NCBI GenBank assembly: GCA_045653945.1
Contig: JAZOML010000033.1
Span: 8,798 to 72,797, forward strand
Direction of reading: 5' to 3'
Origin: Eubacteriales bacterium
GTDB taxonomy: Bacteria; Bacillota; Clostridia; Oscillospirales; CAG-272
Length of the DNA stretch: 64,000 nucleotides
Position numbers and translations under genes: made by a program. Shown here in pieces: positions 27,881-35,545 of the stretch. Each line of letters begins with the position of its first letter. Positions within the stretch are counted from its first letter, which is position 1. The notes beneath the pieces are model-generated. The model ran no database searches. It was not told where the DNA came from and worked only from the letters and a program-made list of their open reading frames with translations.

Positions 27881-28666
27881 TTACATATATTTTCTAACGA
27901 TTTCAAGTAGCTCCGGATAAGCCACGGGGTTTCCCGCAATAACGGGCATCGGCTTTTCAAAGCTTAGCTCGTTTCCTTGCATATCGGTAATAACACCGCC
28001 CGCCTCCTTGATAAGAAGCATACCTGCGGCATAGTCCCAGGGTGAGAGCTGAATTTCAAAAAAGAGGTCATATCTACCTGCCGCAATGCCCGAAAGGTCG
28101 ATTGTTGCCGAGCCGCACCGCCTTAAATCCGCACACTTAAAGAGTATTTCGGTAGCCATTTGCATTGTTTTTTCACCGTTTTGTATCTTGGTGTAGGGTG
28201 AAGTACCAAACGCAACAACCGACTCGCTCATAGTTCTTTTGGAAACGGAAATTTTTTTGCCGTTACAAAACGCACCCAACCCCTTTTCCGCATAGAAAAG
28301 CTCGTTTGTATACGGGTTGTAGATAATTCCTAGGACAGACTCGCCATACTTAAGCATAGCAACGGAAATAGCGCTCAGATGTAAATCGTGAATAAAATTG
28401 GTTGTTCCGTCAATTGGGTCTATTATAAAGCAATATTCCTGATTTAAAACCGCTAAGTCGTTTTCCTTTTCCTCGGAGAAAAACTCCGCCTCTGGATATA
28501 TCTTTTTTATCCCGTCAATCAAAAATGCTTGTATCTTAATGTCATATTCGGTAACAAAATTTGCAGTCCCGCCCTTTTCGGTGATTTCCTCTACACCGTT
28601 AACGGACAGCATAATTTTTCCTGCCTCTTTTATAAGAGCTATAAGAGAGGATACCTTGTTATTCAT
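27881..28666 (-). CDS. Inositol monophosphatase family protein (SuhB-like)
   Basis: IIDPIDGTTNFIH and WDYAAG motifs. I prefer ATG 28666 (AAGGAAG Shine-Dalgarno 6 nt upstream) over the track start 28684. Confidence 0.85.
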   Translation of the reverse strand: MNNKVSSLIALIKEAGKIMLSVNGVEEITEKGGTANFVTEYDIKIQAFLIDGIKKIYPEAEFFSEEKENDLAVLNQEYCFIIDPIDGTTNFIHDLHLSAISVAMLKYGESVLGIIYNPYTNELFYAEKGLGAFCNGKKISVSKRTMSESVVAFGTSPYTKIQNGEKTMQMATEILFKCADLRRCGSATIDLSGIAAGRYDLFFEIQLSPWDYAAGMLLIKEAGGVITDMQGNELSFEKPMPVIAGNPVAYPELLEIVRKYM

Positions 28667-29564
28667 CGTAATCTTCCTTGTCATTTTTATTTTTTCTTTT
28701 TTTGAATTTGTGATATATAAATGTTATGAAATCCTCAAGTTTTCTTAGTAAAAAGAGCAAAAAAACCTTGATTTTGCCGAAAACAAAGCCAATTCCTTTA
28801 CCTATCCAACCGAAAAATTTACCGATATATGAGGCAGGATTGCGCTCTGGGTGTTTTTCAAAATATTTGCCAAGCAGCTTTGATAAAACAACAAATAGAA
28901 TAAATCCTACAATAATTGAGCAAATGATAAGTATTATAAAGAAAGTGGTTGTGTTGGTAAAATCGGTATTGATATTTTCGGCTTCGGCATAGTTTGCGGC
29001 GTACTCGTTTTCGCTTACGTCAAGCAAGATACTTTCACAGTTAAGGAAGGCATCGTGCCCGATAGAGGTAACACTTGCAGGAATTTTAAGACTACCAAGC
29101 ATAGAACAGTTTTTAAAGCAATCGTCTCCGATGCTGATAAGTCCATTTGGGAGATTTACGGTTGTCAGGATTTTGCAATCGTAAAAGCACTCGTCGGGGA
29201 GCGCTTCAATTACACCGTTAAAGGTTACCTTTGTGAGGTTTTCGCAGTTGCGAAACGCCGCCTTTCCAATGGTGGTAACAGTGCTCGGTATGATTACGGA
29301 GTTGACGTATCTATTGCTTTGGAACGCCGATTCCGCTATTGCTAAAACAGGAATACCGTCAATATTTGTAGAAATCGTATATGATAACATTTCGGTTTCG
29401 TACCCGATTACGGTATAATAAGTTTCATCATCGCTTAAACGATACGTTACACCGTTTCGTATAGGGTCCTGACCGTCTCTTACGGCAAGGCAAACGATTG
29501 AAAACGATGCTAAAACGCAAATTATAATCAGAATTGAAGTGAAAAAACGAATACTTTTTTTCAT
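28659..29564 (-). CDS. BspA-type leucine-rich-repeat surface protein with signal peptide and C-terminal TM anchor
   Basis: Repeats of the form IPSTVTTIGKAAFRNCENLTKVTF, LPNGLISIGDDCFKNCSMLGSL and IPASVTSIGHDAFLNC. Hydrophobic N-terminus and one C-terminal TM helix. Confidence 0.8.
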   Translation of the reverse strand: MKKSIRFFTSILIIICVLASFSIVCLAVRDGQDPIRNGVTYRLSDDETYYTVIGYETEMLSYTISTNIDGIPVLAIAESAFQSNRYVNSVIIPSTVTTIGKAAFRNCENLTKVTFNGVIEALPDECFYDCKILTTVNLPNGLISIGDDCFKNCSMLGSLKIPASVTSIGHDAFLNCESILLDVSENEYAANYAEAENINTDFTNTTTFFIILIICSIIVGFILFVVLSKLLGKYFEKHPERNPASYIGKFFGWIGKGIGFVFGKIKVFLLFLLRKLEDFITFIYHKFKKRKNKNDKEDYDE

Positions 29565-29566
29565 AT

Positions 29567-29863
29567 TTATTTCTTCCCGTCCTCGACGTCATCGCCGTCA
29601 TCGTTGTCATTCTCGTTATCGGTATCAGCTTCGTCGCCGTTGGCACCGCTTTCGTCTTTTTCTTCAAATTTTTTACCTGTTGCGTGCTCGTAAACCTGCT
29701 TGGTTTCACCTGCAAGCGCAGCAACAAGCTCTTCATCAGTCATAGCACTGTAACGTGCGGAATTTCTCGCCTTTATTTCTTCAAGCTCCACAAGCTCATC
29801 ACGGTACATTTGAATTATTTTCTCAAGCTCCTCGTCGGAAATCTTCTTTTTCTTCTTTGCCAT
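29567..29863 (-). CDS. Small highly charged protein (basic N-terminus, coiled middle, poly-acidic D/E/N tail), unknown function
   Basis: ATG is preceded by GAGGAAAA. A TTGCAT-17-TATAAT promoter lies upstream on the minus strand. It is the first gene of the acidic protein-LRR-IMPase operon. Confidence 0.5.
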   Translation of the reverse strand: MAKKKKKISDEELEKIIQMYRDELVELEEIKARNSARYSAMTDEELVAALAGETKQVYEHATGKKFEEKDESGANGDEADTDNENDNDDGDDVEDGKK

Positions 29864-29950
29864 ATCACATTTTCCTCGTAAATGTATTTTAATATATTAT
29901 AGCATAAATGTATGCAAAATGCAATAGGCAATAATTTTTCCAATGATAAC

Positions 29951-29979
29951 AAAAAGACACCCAATCGGGTGTCTTTTTG
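29951..29979 (-). terminator. Terminator hairpin following the truncated tRNA-Ser copy
   Basis: AAAAAGACACCC-aatc-GGGTGTCTTTTT. Confidence 0.6.
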
Positions 29980-29984
29980 TTATT

Positions 29985-30016
29985 GGCGGAGAGGGAGGGA
30001 TGCGCTTGCGCCCTCG
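29985..30016 (-). pseudogene. Truncated tRNA-Ser 3' fragment (acceptor 3' strand plus T stem with a non-canonical 11-nt loop)
   Basis: TGGCGGAGAGGGAGGGA...CCCTC compared with TGGCGGAGAGAGAGGGATTCGAACCCTC in the intact gene 171 nt away. I found no matching 5' acceptor strand (GGAGAGG) upstream. Confidence 0.5.
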
Positions 30017-30121
30017 AACCTGCTTCACGGGGATATCTAGTGCGAACAAATTCGGCGTGAAGCTTTAGTAAAATCCGCCTTGCGTATTTTACCGGTTCTT
30101 TATCCGTTACTTTCGAGAATA

Positions 30122-30154
30122 AACAAAGCACCCCGATTGGGGTTCTTTGTTTAT
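30122..30154 (-). terminator. Terminator after tRNA-Ser
   Basis: AAACAAAGCACCCC-gatt-GGGGTTCTTTGTTT (plus-strand view). Confidence 0.65.
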
Positions 30155-30155
30155 T

Positions 30156-30247
30156 GGCGGAGAGAGAGGGATTCGAACCCTCGGTCGGGTATTAGCCGAC
30201 ACACGATTTCCAATCGTGCGCCTTAGACCAGCTCAGCCATCTCTCCA
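30156..30247 (-). tRNA. tRNA-Ser (anticodon GGA), long variable arm, CCA encoded
   Basis: The reverse complement folds as acceptor GGAGAGA/TCTCTCC, anticodon stem CACGA/TCGTG with loop TTGGAAA, variable arm GTCGG-ctaatac-CCGAC and T arm GAGGG-TTCGAAT-CCCTC. Length 92 nt. Confidence 0.95.
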
Positions 30248-30281
30248 TTTATTAAATTTGCGTTCTCAAAACGCTTAGATA

Positions 30282-30311
30282 TTATAACACAAGTTTATAG
30301 CATTTGTCAAT
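30282..30311 (-). promoter_or_regulatory. Sigma-A promoter for tRNA-Ser
   Basis: Minus strand reads TTGACA, 18 nt, TATAAT, about 30 nt upstream of the tRNA 5' end. Confidence 0.6.
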
Positions 30312-30375
30312 AGGTAAATAAAAAAAAGTTGAATAAATTTAAAAAGCAGGTGCTTTCGCATCTGCTTTTTAGTAA

Positions 30376-31371
30376 TTATTGAACGTCGTCGTTGAAAATT
30401 GGCGCTTCCTCAATAGGTGCGTCTTGAGTTTTAGGCTCTTCGTCAGCATACGGGTCAACCATAAGCTGTTTAATTTTAGGCCAAGAAACGTAGCTTCCGA
30501 TATAGGCGCAGTATCCGTATAGGAACACTATCGGGATGATAAGTCCGAGCGGTGTAATAAATTTAAGCAAATACCAGTCAATAACAATGAGTGCTACAAT
30601 TCCAAAAAATCCGAGTGCATTTCGTTTCATTGCAACGCCTGCAAAGATAAAAGCGTTTTTTATTACCTTGAATAGTGAAAGGTCAAAGGTAATTATCAGC
30701 GTGTAGATATAGAATCTCATCAGGCAGTATAGGAAGGCAATGAAAAGAAGCAGGTAGAAAAAGAAGGAGTAGTTTGGAAGGTTCATATAATAAATAAGCA
30801 GACCGTATCCAATCATAAACATAAAGACAAGGTCGAGAATACCCATTATAAAGCCTTGGCGCAGGTTTCTTTTTATTGCGTAGAAGAAGTCGTGGAAGAA
30901 GAAAATCGGGTCCCCCTTGACAAGGTTACGAAGGATGTAGGTTGTTCCGATATTCGTAAATCCCCAGGTAAGCAAAAGCAGGAGCGAAAGCCAAAACATT
31001 GTAGTAGAGGCTGTGGTTTGGACCGACATTTCGCTTGGCGCACCGTGTATACCGTAAAGTGCGGCTGTTAGCGGGTTTGCGCTATCCTTAACTATTCCGA
31101 AGAGGTTGGGGAATATAGAGGATGAGGGGTTTGGTATGCTTGTTGTGAGCAACCCCGAAATTGCGAGGAGTAAAAAGAAAATAGGGAAGTTTCCGAAGAG
31201 GAAAACAAGGTTTACCGAAACGATGCTTCCCATATGCCACCACGAGAGCTTAAAGAAATTTTTGAAATTTCTTTCAAGGGTGTCCTGCTTTGAAACGCCC
31301 TTACCTGAGAGGGGATTGCGGTGGAACAAATTATATAAGCTTGGTCCTTTTTTATTGTTCGATTTTGCCAT
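30376..31371 (-). CDS. YesL/DUF624-like integral membrane protein
   Basis: Six or so TM helices. The N-terminal FFKLSWWHMGSIVSVNLVFLFGNFP and central FFHDFFYAIKRNLRQGF segments resemble the DUF624 pattern. Confidence 0.55.
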   Translation of the reverse strand: MAKSNNKKGPSLYNLFHRNPLSGKGVSKQDTLERNFKNFFKLSWWHMGSIVSVNLVFLFGNFPIFFLLLAISGLLTTSIPNPSSSIFPNLFGIVKDSANPLTAALYGIHGAPSEMSVQTTASTTMFWLSLLLLLTWGFTNIGTTYILRNLVKGDPIFFFHDFFYAIKRNLRQGFIMGILDLVFMFMIGYGLLIYYMNLPNYSFFFYLLLFIAFLYCLMRFYIYTLIITFDLSLFKVIKNAFIFAGVAMKRNALGFFGIVALIVIDWYLLKFITPLGLIIPIVFLYGYCAYIGSYVSWPKIKQLMVDPYADEEPKTQDAPIEEAPIFNDDVQ

Positions 31372-31389
31372 TTTAAAGCTAACCTTTCT

Positions 31390-32187
31390 TTATTTATCAA
31401 GCTCGGCGGAAAGCTCCTCCGCCCTTGCGGTACAAGCCTTCATTGCGTTTGAAATGATACCGTCAAGCCCGTTTTCGTAAAATACGTTCATTGCTCTTTC
31501 GGTTGTGCCGTTTGGCGAGGTAACCATTTTTACAAGCTCGGCAGGAGTTTTGTCTGTGCTCATAATCATATCAGCCGACCCCTTCACCATTTCACAAATT
31601 GCAGAGGTGAGCTCGGGGCAATCCATACCCTGCGCCACTGCCTCTTTTATCATACAGTCGATAATGTAGTAAATATATGCAGGAGCGCTAGACGTCGCAG
31701 CAATAACAGCGTTCATTTTATCCTCAGGAAGCTCGAAGATCTTTCCGCACGAGGCAAACGCATTTTTTATTGTTTCAAAATCGCTATCGCTTACAAGAGT
31801 ATTTCTTGAAAGTGCAGTAACCCCCTTTCCAATAAGAAGGGGAGTGTTTGGCATTGTGCGTATAATCGCAACCTCCTTGCCAAGCGCCTTACAAATTGAG
31901 GAAATTTTTACACCTGCCGCAATAGATATGAAAACCTTATTATCAAGACAAACATCGCTTTCTTTGATTTGTGAGAGTACGTCTTTAAAATTTTGCGGCT
32001 TTATTGCAAGGAAAATATAATCGGCGACCTCAACTGCTTTAGCTGAGGAGGGGGCGATAGCAACCGTATTTCCGAATTTTTCATACTGTACTGTGTTTGT
32101 ATCGTAAACAGTTATATCGGCATCCTTCATACCGCCGATTATCGCATACGCCATATTTCCTGCGCCTATAAACGAAAAGCGTTTCAT
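31390..32187 (-). CDS. proC: Pyrroline-5-carboxylate reductase
   Basis: FIGAGNMAYAIIGG Rossmann motif and the C-terminal VTSPNGTTERA dimerisation-domain motif. Confidence 0.9.
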   Translation of the reverse strand: MKRFSFIGAGNMAYAIIGGMKDADITVYDTNTVQYEKFGNTVAIAPSSAKAVEVADYIFLAIKPQNFKDVLSQIKESDVCLDNKVFISIAAGVKISSICKALGKEVAIIRTMPNTPLLIGKGVTALSRNTLVSDSDFETIKNAFASCGKIFELPEDKMNAVIAATSSAPAYIYYIIDCMIKEAVAQGMDCPELTSAICEMVKGSADMIMSTDKTPAELVKMVTSPNGTTERAMNVFYENGLDGIISNAMKACTARAEELSAELDK

Positions 32188-32340
32188 TTTTCTATCTCCA
32201 TTGATATAATATATATTTATAATATCATTTAATTTTTAATAATTCAACAAGTAACCTAAAATTTTACAATTTACTAACTTATCGGCGGTAAAAAAATAAT
32301 ATAATATTTATAAAGAAAGCCTAGCAGGAGGGAGAGTACA

Positions 32341-32967
32341 GTGCTAACCGAATATTTTAAAAGGTATACCGAAATTAAAACGGCTCGTCTTACTTTTCGC
32401 CGTCTTAAGGTAGAGGACGCCTCCGATATGTATGAATATGCCAGTCGTCCCGAAACCACTGAGCACCTTCTTTGGCGTCCGCATACCGACGTTTCATTTA
32501 CCGCACTGCTTCTTAAAAATTTACAAAGACAGTATGCAGACGGAGAGTTTTTTGATTTTGCTGTAATTTGGAATGAAAACGGCAAAATGATAGGGACGTC
32601 CGGCTTTACCGCATATGAGCCAAAGGATAGAACTGCGGAAATCGGCTACGTGCTTAACCCCAATTATCACGGGCGTGGGATTGCTACGGAGTGCCTTTCG
32701 GTAATGATGGATTTTGCGTTCACAAGGCTTAACGTCGATAGAGTGGAGTGTAGATACCTTGTCGGAAATGATGCCTCGCTTCGTGTAATGCAAAAGTGCG
32801 GTATGACCCACGAGGGCATAAAGGGGCAATATTATGTTAAGGGTAAATATCGTGATTACGGTGCGTGTGCCATATCAAAGGAAGAATACTTTGGTATGAA
32901 AAAAGAGATAAAATATGAGGTAAAACTCGGCAGAGGACTGCTTTACCGACTTTTTCATAAAAATTAA
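32341..32967 (+). CDS. GNAT family N-acetyltransferase (RimJ/RimL-like)
   Basis: RLTFRRL...D start, then acetyl-CoA motif YHGRGIATE. GTG start with a GGAGGG Shine-Dalgarno. Confidence 0.8.
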   Translation: MLTEYFKRYTEIKTARLTFRRLKVEDASDMYEYASRPETTEHLLWRPHTDVSFTALLLKNLQRQYADGEFFDFAVIWNENGKMIGTSGFTAYEPKDRTAEIGYVLNPNYHGRGIATECLSVMMDFAFTRLNVDRVECRYLVGNDASLRVMQKCGMTHEGIKGQYYVKGKYRDYGACAISKEEYFGMKKEIKYEVKLGRGLLYRLFHKN

Positions 32968-33040
32968 CAAATTAGCATTGAATTAACATAGTAAAAAGCA
33001 TACAATAATAATGATAAATAAAAAAGGAATGGTAACAAAA

Positions 33041-33370
33041 ATGTATAACGTATTTCTTGAAGGTACAACAGCACCGGCAGACAGCGGTATGGGTTCTCTT
33101 ATTATGATGGGTGTAATGGTCGCTCTTCTTATCGGCTTTATGGTATTTTCTTCCCGTAGATCCAAAAAGGAAAAGCGTCAGTATGAGGATATGCTTCAAA
33201 ATCTCGCAGTTGGTGACGAGGTAACAACAATCGGCGGAATCATCGGAAGAATCGTTTCTATAAAGGGCGAAACAGTTCTTATCGAAACCGGACGCGACAG
33301 GGTAAAAATCAGATTTCTCCGCAGCGCAATAAAGAGCGTTGACGTTAAGGCAGAGGACGCAGCAAACTAA
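33041..33370 (+). CDS. yajC: Preprotein translocase subunit YajC
   Basis: Single TM helix, then LAVGDEVTTIGGIIGRIVSIKGETVLIETG, the hallmark YajC motif. The start among 33011, 33029 and 33041 is uncertain. Confidence 0.85.
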   Translation: MYNVFLEGTTAPADSGMGSLIMMGVMVALLIGFMVFSSRRSKKEKRQYEDMLQNLAVGDEVTTIGGIIGRIVSIKGETVLIETGRDRVKIRFLRSAIKSVDVKAEDAAN

Positions 33371-33382
33371 TAATAAAATTAA

Positions 33383-33467
33383 ATCAGCCTCATATTTTTT
33401 CCTTTTCCCGCATACATTTCAATAAAAAGAAAATGTGGGGATGCAAAATATGAGGCTGATATTTTTT
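33383..33467 (+). promoter_or_regulatory. Long-range perfect 16-bp hairpin plus T-run spanning the yajC 3' UTR and the RBS/start of the next gene
   Basis: ATCAGCCTCATATTTT (33383-33398) pairs with AAAATATGAGGCTGAT (33445-33460), followed by aTTTTTT. The right arm contains ATG 33450 and the 46-nt loop contains GGGGA. Confidence 0.5.
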
Positions 33468-33860
33468 AAAAAATTATTTTTAGCATTGCTTGTCGGTGCA
33501 ATTACCTGCAGTGTGCTTTTACTTGTTTTTTCGGCAATACTTTCCCGTCAGGACGATCCGAGTAAGCTTTTAGATGTATTTTCGGTAGCTTCACTGCTTG
33601 TGGGGGCGTTTGTTTGCGGAAAAATGTCAACTCTCGGACTTGAAGAAAAGGCTTTGCAGGGGATTTTATCGGGCGTGTGCTTTGCACTCCTTGTGCTACT
33701 CCCCTCGGTTTTGCTATCCGATTTTGGCGCTGGCTCACTTCTTAAACTGCTTACAACGGTGATTATCGCATTTTCGGGTGCGATGCTCGGTGGCAAAAGT
33801 GGGGGACGCGTACGTTCCTCTAAAAAACGAAAGAACGTGGTAAAAAGATACGCAAGATAA
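33450..33860 (+). CDS. Small integral membrane protein (YrzE/TIGR04086-like, about 136 aa)
   Basis: Four predicted TM segments and a basic C-terminal tail. Start candidates are GTG 33435, ATG 33441 and ATG 33450. Confidence 0.5.
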   Translation: MRLIFFKKLFLALLVGAITCSVLLLVFSAILSRQDDPSKLLDVFSVASLLVGAFVCGKMSTLGLEEKALQGILSGVCFALLVLLPSVLLSDFGAGSLLKLLTTVIIAFSGAMLGGKSGGRVRSSKKRKNVVKRYAR

Positions 33861-33884
33861 ATTTTAAAGAAAAGGAAGTTGAAT

Positions 33885-34559
33885 ATGGTAAATATAGGAA
33901 ACGATTGGGACGAAATTCTCGACGGCGAATTTGAAAAGGAATATTACCTGAAAATAAGACAGATACTTAAAAACGAATATTTCAGTACAACGGTATTTCC
34001 GCCGATGCACGATATTTTCAATGCCCTTAAATATACCCCGAGAGAGAAGACCAAGGTGGTAATTTTGGGTCAGGACCCATATCATGAGGTAGGTCAGGCA
34101 CACGGACTTTCCTTTTCGGTAAAAAAAGGAGTTAAAATTCCCCCGTCGCTTGTAAATATCTATAAGGAGCTTAAAACCGATATCGGTATGAAAACACCAA
34201 ATCACGGAGAGCTTACCTCTTGGGCAAAGCAGGGAGTTATGCTTCTTAACGCTACTCTTACGGTGCGTGAGCATCAGGCAAATAGCCACCAGAATATCGG
34301 TTGGAGCATTTTCACCGACGAGATTATCAAAAAGCTTGACGAATGCGATAACCCAATGGTCTTTATTTTGTGGGGCGGAAACGCTCGAAAAAAGAAATGC
34401 TACATAACCAATAAAAATCACCTGATACTAGAAAGTGCACACCCCTCACCCCTGTCCGCATATAACGGATTTTTCGGTTCACGCCCCTTTTCAAAGGCAA
34501 ATAAATTCCTTGAAGAACACGGAGTTGAACCGATAAACTGGGCGTCGGTGCTTGAATAA
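33885..34559 (+). CDS. ung: Uracil-DNA glycosylase
   Basis: GQDPYH water-activating loop, GVMLLN and HPSPLSA leucine-loop motifs. ATG 33885 follows an AAGGAAG Shine-Dalgarno. Confidence 0.95.
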   Translation: MVNIGNDWDEILDGEFEKEYYLKIRQILKNEYFSTTVFPPMHDIFNALKYTPREKTKVVILGQDPYHEVGQAHGLSFSVKKGVKIPPSLVNIYKELKTDIGMKTPNHGELTSWAKQGVMLLNATLTVREHQANSHQNIGWSIFTDEIIKKLDECDNPMVFILWGGNARKKKCYITNKNHLILESAHPSPLSAYNGFFGSRPFSKANKFLEEHGVEPINWASVLE

Positions 34560-34562
34560 ATA

Positions 34563-34597
34563 AAAATGAGCTTAGTCAATCGACTGGGCTCATTTTT
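34563..34597. terminator. Bidirectional terminator between ung and the AraC-family gene
   Basis: AAAAATGAGC...GCTCATTTTTT with inner AGTC/GACT pairing. Confidence 0.6.
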
Positions 34598-34601
34598 TGT
34601 T

Positions 34602-35435
34602 TTATGTAATTTTAAATGGGGTAGTGGCTTTTTGTTGCTCCATTATTTTTTTTGATATTTTTTGCTTATTGCGGTATTCAGTGGGGGTAATACCAAGCAC
34701 CCTTTTGAAGGTACGCATAAAATGTACGTCGTTTTTATAGCCGCAAAGCTCTGAAATTTCCTTAATTTGAATATCGGTGCTGAAAAGCAGATATTTTGCG
34801 TATTCGATTCGGCTTGTCAAAATGTCAGTGGAAATAGTTGTGTTAAAAGTAGTCTTGTAAAGATGATGCAGGTGTGAGCGACTGATACTGAGATTAAGAC
34901 AGATGCTTTCAATGCTCCAATCCTTGTCAGGATAGCTATATATATCGGAACGCAGCTTTGATAAAGCTTCATAGTATATTCCCTCACCGCTTGGCACAGG
35001 AGTTTTCCGAGATTCGGCAAGCTTTAATAGGATAAGTCTTAAAAAGAGGGAAACGGAGTCATCGGAATATAAGTTGTTTGAATAAAGCTCGTAGAAAACA
35101 CTTTTTATCAGTGATGATAAAATAGAAGAATTGTGCGTTTGCAAAATGGTATCAAACTCAACGCCGAGTGATTTGAGTTCGTCATACTCATTTTTATCAA
35201 GCTCAAAATGTATCCAATCGTTTATAAATTTATCTTTTGCTGCTCCGTATATCTGCGGAGTTCCTTTTTTATAAGCAATTACAGAGTCTTTTGGTGCTAC
35301 TATGCGTTCTCCGTTTAATATAAAAAAGGCTTCTGTCTTTATTATAAGCAGTACGTAATCTCCCGAACCGTGCGGGCGGTTTACAACGAAGTCTGCGGAA
35401 TGTGTGTACTTATATCCTGCGTTTACAACTTTCAT
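34602..35435 (-). CDS. AraC family transcriptional regulator (cupin-like N-terminal domain plus double HTH)
   Basis: The C-terminal region has an AraC-type HTH signature (ISELCGYKNDVHFMRTFKRVLGITPTEYR). It is divergent from a GH51 gene. Confidence 0.85.
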   Translation of the reverse strand: MKVVNAGYKYTHSADFVVNRPHGSGDYVLLIIKTEAFFILNGERIVAPKDSVIAYKKGTPQIYGAAKDKFINDWIHFELDKNEYDELKSLGVEFDTILQTHNSSILSSLIKSVFYELYSNNLYSDDSVSLFLRLILLKLAESRKTPVPSGEGIYYEALSKLRSDIYSYPDKDWSIESICLNLSISRSHLHHLYKTTFNTTISTDILTSRIEYAKYLLFSTDIQIKEISELCGYKNDVHFMRTFKRVLGITPTEYRNKQKISKKIMEQQKATTPFKIT

Positions 35436-35545
35436 ATAATTTCCCCATAGGACAAAATATCAGTTTTTATACATTATATATCATTGCGTCAAATAAGTCA
35501 ATAGTGTATAATCATATTGTATTCTAAAAAAGAGGTATAAAATAT

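Noticed and set aside
27811-27897. 28-codon ORF (MTVLFYQQRTSTKKRLQACKRFLFTYIF) downstream of the operator-controlled plus-strand promoter
   Set aside because: Its Shine-Dalgarno is poor (ACGGAA). The ORF reads straight through the bidirectional terminator hairpin and into the antisense of the IMPase gene 3' end. It is more likely a non-coding transcript. I keep it only as a remote type-I-toxin-like possibility within the XRE finding.
29985-30120. Possibility that the CCA-ending element next to tRNA-Ser is a complete unusual tRNA (for example tRNA-Sec) or a tmRNA piece
   Set aside because: No complementary 5' acceptor strand, D arm or anticodon arm could be folded. The T loop is 11 nt and lacks TTCGA. 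An alternative GGCGGA/TCCGCC acceptor pairing gives no tRNA-like interior. I treat it as a truncated duplicate.
29889-30131. 80-aa minus-strand ORF across the tRNA-Ser remnant
   Set aside because: It covers the terminator hairpins and the truncated tRNA copy. It has no RBS and is a non-coding spacer.
33864-34421. 185-aa ORF antisense to ung
   Set aside because: The plus strand carries the GQDPYH and HPSPLS uracil-DNA glycosylase motifs. The antisense product has no features.
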